Assembly: GCA_964016885.1 (NCBI GenBank)
Contig: CAXHJY010001472.1
Coordinates: 806,001-870,000, forward strand
Direction of reading: 5' to 3'
From: Eledone cirrhosa
Lineage: Eukaryota
Length of the DNA: 64,000 nucleotides
The notes beneath the pieces are model-generated. The model was not told the DNA's origin and did no database searches. It saw nothing but the letters and a program-made list of their open reading frames with translations. Positions within the stretch are counted from its first letter, which is position 1; the number at the start of each line of letters is the position of its first letter. Shown one piece after another: positions 53,701 through 64,000 of this stretch. Both the position numbers and the translations under genes were made by a program.

Positions 53701-56700
53701 ATAGCCCCTTGGAAGGCTGGAAATTATCTTCCCTTGGACGGCTGGAAATTATCTCCCCTTGATTTTTTTTTACAAATTATCTCCCCCTGATTTTTTTTTT
53801 TACAAATTATCTCCCCCTGATTTTTTTTAACAAATTATCTCCGCCTGATTTTTTTAAAAAAATTATCTCCCCTTGGACGGCTGGAAATTATCTCCCCTTG
53901 GACGGCTGGAAATTATCTCCCCTTGGACGGCTAGAAATTACCTCTCCTTGGACGGCTGAAAATTATCTCCCCTTGGACGGCTGCAAATTATCTCCCCTTG
54001 ATTTTTTTTACAAATTATCTCCCCTTGATTTTTTTTTACAAATTATCTCCCCCTGATTTTTTTTACAAATTATCTTCCCTTGGACGGCTGGAAATTATCT
54101 CCCCTTGGAAGGATGGAAATTATCTCCCCTTGGACGGCTGGAAATTATCTCCCCTTGCACGGCTGGAAATTATCTCCCCTTGGACAGCTGGAAATTATCT
54201 GCCCTTGATTTTGTTTTTACAAATTATCTCCCCCTGATTTTTTTTACAAATTATCTCCACCTGATTTTTTTAAAAATTATCTCCCCTTGGACGGCTGGAA
54301 ATTATCTCCCCTTGGCTGGAAATTATCTCCCCTTGGACGGCTAGAAATTATCTCTCTTTGGACGGCTGGAAATTATCTCCCTTTGATTTTTTTAACAAAT
54401 TATCTCCCTCTGATTTTTTTTACAAATCTCCCCCTGATTTTTTTAAAAAAATTATCTCCCCTTCGCTGGCTGGAAATTATCTCCCCTTGGACACTGGAAA
54501 TTATAGCCCCCTGGAGGGCTGGAAATTATCTTCCCTTGGACGGCTGGAAATTATCTCCCCTTGATTTTTTTTACAAATTATCTCCCCCTGATTTTTTTTT
54601 ACAAATTATCTCCCCCTGATTTTTTTTACAAATTATCTCCCCCTGATTTTTTTTTACAAATTATCTCCCCCTGATATTTTTTTTACAAATTATCTCCGCC
54701 TGATTTTTTAAAAAAAATTATCTCCCCTTGGACGGCTGGAAATTATCTCCCCTTGGACGGCTGGAAATTATCTCCCCTTGGACGGCTAGAAATTACCTCT
54801 CCTTGGACGGCTGAAAATTATCTCCCCTTGGACGGCTGCAAATTATCTCCCCTTGATTTTTTTTACAAATTATCTCCCCCTGATTTTTTTTTTACAAATT
54901 ATCTCCCCCTGATTTTTTTTTTACAAATCTCCGCCTGATTTTTAAAAAAAATTATCTCCCCTTGGACGGCTGGAAATTATCTCCCCTTGGACGGCTGGAA
55001 ATTATCTTCCCTTGGACGGCTAGAAATTACCTCTCCTTGGACGGCTGAAAATTATCTCCCCTTGGACGGCTGGAAATTATCTCCCCTTGATTTTTTTACA
55101 AATTATCTGCCCCTGATTTTTTTTTTACAAATTATCTCCCCCTGATTTTTTTAAAAATGATCTCCCCTTGGACGGCTGGAAATGATCTCCCCTTGGCTGG
55201 TTGGAAATTATCTCCCCTTGGACCGCTAGAAATAATCTCTCCTTGGACGGCTGGAAATTATCTCCCCTTGATTTTTTTTACAAATCTCCCCCTAATTTAA
55301 AAAAAAATTATCTCCCCTTCGCTGGCTGGAAATTATCTCCCTTTGGACGGCTGGAAATTATAGCCCCTTGTAGGGCTGGAAATTATCTCCCCTTGGACGG
55401 CTGGAAATTATCTCCCCTTGATTTTCTTTACAAATTATCTCCCCCTGACTTTTTAAAAAATGATCTCCCCTTGGACGGCTGGAAATGATCTCCCCTTGGC
55501 TGGTTGGAAATTTTCTCCCCTTGGACCGCTAGAAATTATCTCTCCTTGGACGGCTGGAAATTATCTCCCCTTGATTTTTTTACAAATTATCTCCCCCTGA
55601 TTTTTTTACAAATCTCCCAGTGATTTTTTAAAAAAATTATCTCCCCTTCGCTGGCTGGAAATTATCTCCCCTTGGACGCTGGAAATTATAGCCCCTTGGA
55701 GGGCTGGAAATTATCTTCCCTTGGACGGCTGGAAATTATCTCCCCTTGATTTTTTTTACAAATTATCTCCCCCTGATTTTTTTTTACAAATTATCTCCCC
55801 CTGATTTTTTTTACAAATTATCTCCCCCTGATTTTTTTTAACAAATTATCTCCCCTTGGACGGCTGGAAATTATCTCCCCTTGGACGGCTGGAAATTATC
55901 TCCCCTTGGACGGCTAGAAATTACCTCTCCTTGGACAGCTGAAAATTATCTCCCCTTGGACGGCTGCAAATTATCTCCCCTTGATTTTTTTTACAAATTA
56001 TCTCCCCTTGATTTTTTTTTACAAATTATCTCCCCCTGATTTTTTTTACAAATTATCTCCCCCTGATTTTTTTTTACAAATTATCTCCCCCTGATTTTTT
56101 TTACAAAATATCTCCCCCTGATTTTTTTACAAATTATCTCCCCCTGATTTTTTTTACAATCTCCGCCTGATTTTTTTAAAAATTATCTTGCCTTGGCTGG
56201 CTGGAAATTATCTCCCCTTGGACGGCTGGAAATTATCTCCCCTTGGAAGGATGGAAATTATCTCCCCTTGGACGGCTGGAAATTATCTCCCCTTGCACGG
56301 CTGGAAATTATCTCCCCTTGGACAGCTGGAAATTATCTGCCCTTGATTTTGTTTTTACAAATTATGTTCCCCTGATTTTTTTTACAAATTATCTCCACCT
56401 GATTTTTTAAAAAATTATCTCCCCTTGGACGGCTGGAAATTATCTCCCCTTGGTTGGAAATTATCTACCCTTGGACGGCTAGAAATTATCTCTGTTTGGA
56501 CGGCTGGAAATTATCTCCCTTTGATTTTTTTAACAAATTATCTCCCTCTGATTTTTTTTACAAATCTCCCCCTGATTTTTTTAAAAAAATTATCTCCCCT
56601 TCGCTGGCTGGAAATTATCTCCCCTTGGACACTGGAAATTATAGCCCCCTGGAGGGCTGGAAATTATCTTCCCTTGGACGGCTGGAAATTATCTCCCCTT

Positions 56701-59700
56701 GATTTTTTTTACAAATTATCTCCCCCTGATTTTTTTTTTACAAATTATCTCCCCCTGATTTTTTTTACAAATTATCTCCCCCTGATTTTTTTACAAATTA
56801 TCTCCGCCTGATTTTTTTAAAAATTATCTTCCCTTGGCTGGCGGGAAATTATCTCCCCTTGGACGGCTGGAAATTATCTCCCCTTGGAAGGATGGAAATT
56901 ATCTCCCCTTGGACAGCTGGAAATTATCTCCCCTTGGACGGCTGAAAATTATCTCCCCTTGATTTTTTTTTTACAAATTATCTCCCCCTGATTTTTTTTT
57001 ACAAATTATCTCCCCCTGATTTTTTTTTTACAAATTATCTCTCCCTGATTTTTTTTTACAAATATCTCCCCTTGGCTGGCTGGAAATTATCTCCCCTTGG
57101 ACGGTTGGAAATTATCTCCCCTTGGACGGCTGGAAATTATCTCCCCTTGGACGGCTGGAAATTATCTCCTCTTGGACGGCTGGAAATTATCTCCCCTTGG
57201 ACGGCTGGAAATTATCTGCCCTTGATTTTTTTTTACAAATTATCTCCCCCTGATTTTTTTAAAAATGATCTCCCCTTGGACGGCTGGAAATGATCTCCCC
57301 TTGGCTGGTTGGAAATTATCTCCCCTTGGACCGCTAGAAATTATCTCTCCTTGGACGGCTGGAAATTATCTCCCCTTGATTTTTTTACAAATTATCTCGT
57401 CCTGATTTTTTTTACAAATCTCCCAGTGATTTTTAAAAAAAAATTATCTCCCCTTCGCTGGCTGGAAATTATCTCACCTTGGACGCTGGAAATTATAGCC
57501 CCTTGGAGGGCTGGAAATTATCTTCACTTGGACGGCTGGAAATTACCTCCCCTTGATTTTTTTTACAAATTATCTCCCCCTGATTTTTTTTTACAAATTA
57601 TCTCCCCCGGATTTTTTTTTATAAATTATCTCCCCCTGATTTTTTTTAACAAATTATCTCCGCCTGATTTTTAAAAAAAAATTATCTCCCCTTAGACGGC
57701 TGGAAATTATCTCCCCTTGGACGGCTGGAAATTATCTCCCCTTGGACGGCTAGAAATTGGACGGCTGAAAATTATCTCCCCTTGGACGGCTGCAAATTAT
57801 CTCCCCTTGATTTTTTTTACAAATTATCTCCCCTTGATTTTTTTTTACAAATTATCTCCCCCTGATTTTTTTTTACAAATTATCTCCCCCTGATTTTTTT
57901 TTACAAATTATCTACCCCTGATTTTTTTTTACAAATTATCTCCCCCTGATTTTTTTTTACAAATTATCTCCCCCTGATTTTTTTTTTACAAATTATCTCC
58001 CCCTGATTTTTTTACAAATTATCTCCCCCTGATTTTTTTTACAATCTCCGCCTGATTTTTTAAAAAATGATCTCCCCTTGGACGGCTGGAAATGATCTCC
58101 CCTTGGCTGGTTGGAAATTATCTCCCCTTGGACCGCTAGAAATTATCTCTCCTTGGACGGCTGGAAATTATCTCCCCTTAATTTTTTTACAAATTATCTC
58201 CCCCTGATTTTTTTTACAAATCTCCCAGTGATTTTTAAAAAAAAATTCTCTCCCCTTCGCTGGCTGGAAATTATCTCCCCTTGGACGCTGGAAATTATAG
58301 CCCCCTTGGAGGGCTGGAAATTATCTTCCCTTGGACGGCTGGAAATTATCTCCCCTTGATTTTTTTTACAAATTATCTCCCCCTGATTTTTTTTTACAAA
58401 TTATCTCCGCCTGATTTTTAAAAAAAAATTATCTCCCCTTGGACGGCTGGAATTATCTCCCCTTGGACGGCTGGAAATTATCTCCCCTTGGACGGCTAGA
58501 AATTACCTCTCCTTGGACGGCTGAAAATTATCTCCCCTTGGACGGCTGCAAATTATCTCCCCTTGATTTTTTTTACAAATTATCTCCCCCTGATTTTTTT
58601 TTACAAATTATCTACCCCTGATTTTTTTTACAAATTATCTCCCCCTGATTTTTTTTTACAAATTATCTCCCCCTGATTTTTTTTTACAAATTATCTCCCC
58701 CTGATTTTTTTACAAATTATCTCCCCCTGATTTTTTTTACAATCTCCGCCTGATTTTTTAAAAAATAATCTTCCCTTGGCTGGCGGGAAATTATCTCCCC
58801 TTGGACGGCTGGAAATTATCTCCCCTTGGAAGGATAGAAATTATCTCCCCTTGGACGGCTGGAAATTATCTCCCCTTGCACGGCTGGAAATTATCTCCCC
58901 TTGGACAGCTGGAAATTATCTGCCCTTGATTTTGTTTTTACAAATTATCTCCCCCTGATTTTTTTTACAAATTATCTCCACCTGATTTTTAAAAAAATTA
59001 TCTCCCCTTCGCTGGCTGGAAATTATCTCCCCTTGGACACTGGAAATTATAGCCCCTTGGAGGGCTGGAAATTATCTTCCCTTGGACGGCTGGAAATTAT
59101 CTCCCCTTGATTTTTTTTACAAATTATCTCCCCCTGATATTTTTTTTACAAATTATCTCCCCCTGATTTTTTTACAAATTATTTCCCCCTGATTTTTTTT
59201 ACAAATTATCTCCGCCTGATTTTTTTAAATATTATCTTCCCTTGGCTGGCGGGAAATTATCTCCCCTTGGACGGTTGGAAATTATCTCCCCTTGCACTGC
59301 TGGAAATTATCTCCCCTTGGACGGCTGGAAATTATCTCCCCTTGCACGGCTGGAAATTATCATCCCCTTGGACGGCTGAAAATTATCTCCCCTTGATTTT
59401 TTTTACAAATTATCTGCCCCTGATTTTTTTTTACAAATTATCTCCCCCTGATTTTTTTTACAAATTATCTCCGCCTGATTTTTAAAAAAAAATTATCTCC
59501 CCTTAGACGGCTGGAAATTATCTCCCCTTGGACGGCTGGAAATTATCTCCCCTTGGACGGCTAGAAATTGGACGGCTGAAAATTATCTCCCCTTGGACGG
59601 CTGCAAATTATCTCCCCTTGATTTTTTTTACAAATTATCTCCCCCTGATTTTTTTTTACAAATTATCTCCCCCTGATTTTTTATTTACAAATTATCTCCC

Positions 59701-62090
59701 CCTGATTTTTTTACAAATTATCTCCCCCTGATTTTTTTTTTACAAATTATCTCCCCCTGATTTTTTAAAAAATGATCTCCCCTTGGACGGCTGGAAATGA
59801 TCTCCCCTTGGCTGGTTGGAAATTATCTCCCCTTGGACCGCTAGAAATTATCTCTCCTTGGACGGCTGGAAATTATTTCCCCTTGATTTTTTTTACAAAT
59901 CTCCCCCTAATTTAAAAAAAAATTATCTCCCCTTCGCTGGCTGGAAATTATCTCCCTTTGGACGGCTGGAAATTATAGCCCCTTGTAGGGCTGGAAATTA
60001 TCTCCCCTTGGACGGCTGGAAATTATCTCCCCTTGATTTTTTTTACAAATTATCTCCCCCTGATTTTTTTAAAAATGATCTCCCCTTGGACGGCTGGAAA
60101 TGATCTCCCCTTGGCTGGTTGGAAATTATCTCCCCTTGGACCGCTAGAAATTATCTCTCCTTGGATGGCTGGAAATTATCACCCCTTGATTTTTCTACAA
60201 ATTATCTCCCCCTGATTTTTTTTACAAATCTCCCAGTGATTTTAAAAAAAAATTTTCTCCCCTTCGCTGGCTGGAAATTATCTCCCCTTGGACGCTGGAA
60301 ATTATAGCCCCTTGGAAGGCTGGAAATTATCTTCCCTTGGACGGCTGGAAATTATCTCCCCTTGATTTTTTTTACAAATTATCTCCCCCTGATTTTTTTT
60401 TTTACAAATTATCTCCCCCTGATTTTTTTTAACAAATTATCTCCGCCTGATTTTTTTAAAAAAATTATCTCCCCTTGGACGGCTGGAAATTATCTCCCCT
60501 TGGACGGCTGGAAATTATCTCCCCTTGGACGGCTAGAAATTACCTCTCCTTGGACGGCTGAAAATTATCTCCCCTTGGACGGCTGCAAATTATCTCCCCT
60601 TGATTTTTTTTACAAATTATCTCCCCTTGATTTTTTTTTATAAATTATCTCCCCCTGATTTTTTTTACAAATTATCTTCCCTTGGACGGCTGGAAATTAT
60701 CTCCCCTTGGAAGGATGGAAATTATCTCCCCTTGGACGGCTGGAAATTATCTCCCCTTGCACGGCTGGAAATTATCTCCCCTTGGACAGCTGGAAATTAT
60801 CTGCCCTTGATTTTTTTTTACAAATTATCTCCCCCTGATTTTTTTTTACAAATTATCTCCCCCTGATTTTTTTTTTACAAATTATCTCCGCCTGATTTTT
60901 TTTTTAAATTATCTCCCCTTGGACGGCTGGAAATTATCTCCCCTTGGACGGCTGGAAATTATCTTCCCTTGGACGGCTAGAAATTACCTCTCCTTGGACG
61001 GCTGAAAATTATCTCCCCTTGGACGGCTGGAAATTATCTCCCCTTGATTTTTTTACAAATTATCTGCCCCTGATTTTTTTTTACAAATTATCTCCCCCTG
61101 ATTTTTTTTTACAAATTATCTCCCCCTGATTTTTTTTTACTAATTATCTCCCCCTGATTTTTTTTTTACAAATTATCTCCCCCTGATTTTTTTACAAATT
61201 ATCTCCCCCTGATTTTTTTTACAATCTCCGCCTGATTTTTTAAAAAATTATCTTCCCTTGGCTGGCGGGAAATTATCTCCCCTTGGACGGCTGGAAATTA
61301 TCTCCCCTTGGCTGGAAATTATCTCCCCTTGGACACTGGAAATTATAGCCCCTTGGAGGGCTGGAAATTATCTTCCCTTGGACGGCTGGAAATTATCTCC
61401 CCTTGATTTTTTTACAAATTATCTGCCCCTGATTTTTTTTTTACAAATTATCTCCCCCTGATTTTTTTTTACAAATTATCTACCCCTGATTTTTTTACAA
61501 ATTATCTCCCCCTGATTTTTTTTTACAAATTATCTCCCCCTGATTTTTTAAAAAATGATCTCCCCTTGGACGGCTGGAAATGATCTCCCCTTGGCTGGTT
61601 GGAAATTATCTCCCCTTGGACCGCTAGAAATTATCTCTCCTTGGACGGCTGGAAATTATTTCCCCTTGATTTTTTTTACAAATCTCCCCCTAATTTAAAA
61701 AAAAATTATCTCCCCTTCGCTGGCTGGAAATTATCTCCCTTTGGACGGCTGGAAATTATAGCCCCTTGTAGGGCTGGAAATTATCTCCCCTTGGACGGCT
61801 GGAAATTATCTCCCCTTGATTTTTTTTACAAATTATCTCCCCCTGATTTTTTTAAAAATGATCTCCCCTTGGACGGCTGGAAATGATCTCCCCTTGGCTG
61901 GTTGGAAATTATCTCCCCTTGGACCGCTAGAAATTATCTCTCCTTGGATGGCTGGAAATTATCTCCCCTTGATTTTTTTACAAATTATCTCCCCCTGATT
62001 TTTTTACAAATCTCCCAGTGATTTTTAAAAAAAATTTTCTCCCCTTCGCTGGCTGGAAATTATCTCCCCTTGGACGCTGGAAATTATAGC
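44730..62090 (+). repeat. ~8.4-8.9 kb tandem duplication (HOR plus a 1.78-kb extra module)
   Basis: Offsets step through 8785/8786, 8865, 8689 and 8385 at discrete indels. Shared private variants are GGAAATTACCTCCCC (~48675/~57540), CCCTTAATTTT (~49311/~58176) and TTACTAATTA (~52752/~61138). Confidence 0.85.
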
Positions 62091-64000
62091 CCCCTTGGAG
62101 GGCTGGAAATTATCTTCCCTTGGACGGCTGGAAATTATCTCCCCTTGATTTTTTTTACAAATTATCTCCCCCTGATTTTTTTTTACAAATTATCTCCGCC
62201 TGATTTTTAAAAAAAATTATCTCCCCTTGGACGGCTGGAATTATCTCCCCTTGGACGGCTGGAAATTATCTCCCCTTGGACGGCTAGAAATTACCTCTCC
62301 TTGGACGGCTGAAAATTATCTCCCCTTGGACGGCTGCAAATTATCTCCCCTTGATTTTTTTTACAAATTATCTCCCCCTGATTTTTTTTTACAAATTATC
62401 TACCCCTGATTTTTTTTACAAATTATCTCCCCCTGATTTTTTTTACAAATTATCTCCCCCTGATTTTTTTTTACAAATTATCTCCCCCTGATTTTTTTAC
62501 AAATTAACTCCCCCTGATTTTTTTTACAATCTCCGCCTGATTTTTTAAAAAATAATCTTCCCTTGGCTGGCGGGAAATTATCTCCCCTTGGACGGCTGGA
62601 AATTATCTCCCCTTGGAAGGATAGAAATTATCTCCCCTTGGACGGCTGGAAATTATCTCCCCTTGCACGGCTGGAAATTATCTCCCCTTGGACAGCTGGA
62701 AATTATCTGCCCTTGATTTTGTTTTTACAAATTATCTCCCCCTGATTTTTTTTACAAATTATCTCCACCTGATTTTTTAAAAAATTATCTCCCCTTGGAC
62801 GGCTGGAAATTATCTCCCCTTGGCTGGAAATTATCTCCCCTTGGACGGCTAGAAATTATCTCTCTTTGGACGGCTGGAAATTATCTCCCTTTGATTTTTT
62901 TTACAAATTATCTCCCTCTGATTTTTTTTACAAATCTCCCCCTGATTTTTAAAAAAAAATTATCTCCCCTTCGCTGGCTGGAAATTATCTCCCCTTGGAC
63001 ACTGGAAATTATAGCCCCTTGGAGGGCTGGAAATTATCTTCCCTTGGACGGCTGGAAATTATCTCCCCTTGATTTTTTTTACAAATTATCTCCCCCTGAT
63101 ATTTTTTTTACAAATTATCTCCCCCTGATTTTTTTACAAATTATCTCCCCCTGATTTTTTTTACAAATTATCTCCGCCTGATTTTTTTAAATATTATCTT
63201 CCCTTGGCTGGCGGGAAATTATCTCCCCTTGGACGGTTGGAAATTATCTCCCCTTGCACTGCTGGAAATTATCTCCCCTTGGACGGCTGGAAATTATCTC
63301 CCCTTGCACGGCTGGAAATTATCATCCCCTTGGACGGCTAGAAATTGGACGGCTGAAAATTATCTCCCCTTGGACGGCTGCAAATTATCTCCCCTTGATT
63401 TTTTTTTACAAATTATCTGCCCCTGATTTTTTTTTACAAATTATCTCCCCCTGATTTTTTTTTACAAATTATCTCCGCCTGATTTTTAAAAAAAAATTAT
63501 CTCCCCTTAGACGGCTGGAAATTATCTCCCCTTGGACGGCTGGAAATTATCTCCCCTTGGACGGCTAGAAATTGGACGGCTGAAAATTATCTCCCCTTGG
63601 ACGGCTGCAAATTATCTCCCCTTGATTTTTTTTACAAATTATCTCCCCCTGATTTTTTTTTACAAATTATCTCCCCCTGATTTTTTTTTTACAAATTATC
63701 TCCCCCTGATTTTTTTACAAATTATCTCCCCCTGATTTTTTTTACAATCTCCGCCTGATTTTTTAAAAAATTATCTTCCCTTGGCTGGCGGGAAATTATC
63801 TCCCCTTGGACGGCTGGAAATTATCTCCCCTTGGCTGGAAATTATCTCCCCTTGGACACTGGAAATTATAGCCCCTTGGAGGGCTGGAAATTATCTTCCC
63901 TTGGACGGCTGGAAATTATCTCCCCTTGATTTTTTTACAAATTATCTGCCCCTGATTTTTTTTTACAAATTATCTCCCCCTGATTTTTTTTTACAAATTA

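Larger units (their letters stand above)
1..64000 (+). repeat. Composite tandem satellite array of two related ~25-30 bp monomers sharing the core AAATTATCTCCCCYTG; extends beyond both window edges
   Basis: Every line consists of head-to-tail AAATTATCTCCCCTTGGACGGCTGG (25 bp) or AAATTATCTCCCCCTGA(T)nAC units and their variants. I saw no inversion or foreign insert. Roughly 2,400 monomers (64000/~26). Confidence 0.99.

Noticed and set aside
212-63735. The many short + strand ORFs with repeating peptides (LEIISPWTAGNYLPLDGWKLSPLGR)
   Set aside because: These are artefacts. Monomer A has no stop codon in any + frame and supplies TTG starts, and its 25-bp length cycles through the frames. ORFs overlap in all three frames and T-tract indels shift frames freely. 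The minus strand has TAA (GATAAT) in almost every core, explaining its lack of ORFs.
1-64000. CRISPR-like layout of constant repeat plus variable spacer
   Set aside because: The core is only 16 bp, spacers are about 9-13 bp and fall into two or three recurring classes rather than being unique, and there is no leader or cas gene.
1-64000. G-quadruplex or i-motif potential from the C4-5 tract in each monomer
   Set aside because: The tracts are separated by about 21-25 nt, far longer than typical stable loops. It cannot be excluded but is unsupported.
1-64000. Telomeric repeat, tRNA/5S array, iteron array or NF-kB site array
   Set aside because: Mixed monomers with multi-kb higher-order order argue for recombinational amplification rather than telomerase addition. 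I see no RNA-gene structure and no rep gene. GGAAATTATCTCC does not fit the 10-bp GGGRNNYYCC consensus.

Overview
The whole 64 kb window is one uninterrupted, single-orientation satellite DNA array. I see no unique sequence, credible gene, RNA gene or transposon. A near-constant 16-bp core (AAATTATCTCCCCYTG) alternates with one of two short spacers. This gives a GC-rich 25-bp monomer A (AAATTATCTCCCCTTGGACGGCTGG) and a T-tract monomer B of about 26-30 bp (AAATTATCTCCCCCTGA-T7..11-AC). A third junction spacer (A-Tn-An) closes most B runs. The array is hierarchical: monomers form A-run/B-run blocks, blocks form three diverged ~2.1-2.6 kb subunits, and these form a ~7 kb higher-order repeat (HOR). 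The HOR is remodelled by recent tandem duplications (4120, 1047, ~4944, 3759 and ~8400-8900 bp) and in-register deletions. All listed ORFs are artefacts of the repeat. I do not recognise the satellite family or the organism; a eukaryotic heterochromatic or centromeric origin is an inference. Lengths and offsets were derived by hand from diagnostic variants and ORF-track coordinates, so boundaries are approximate. The sequence alone does not support a novel gene system; the interest lies in the array's grammar and its readable mutational history.
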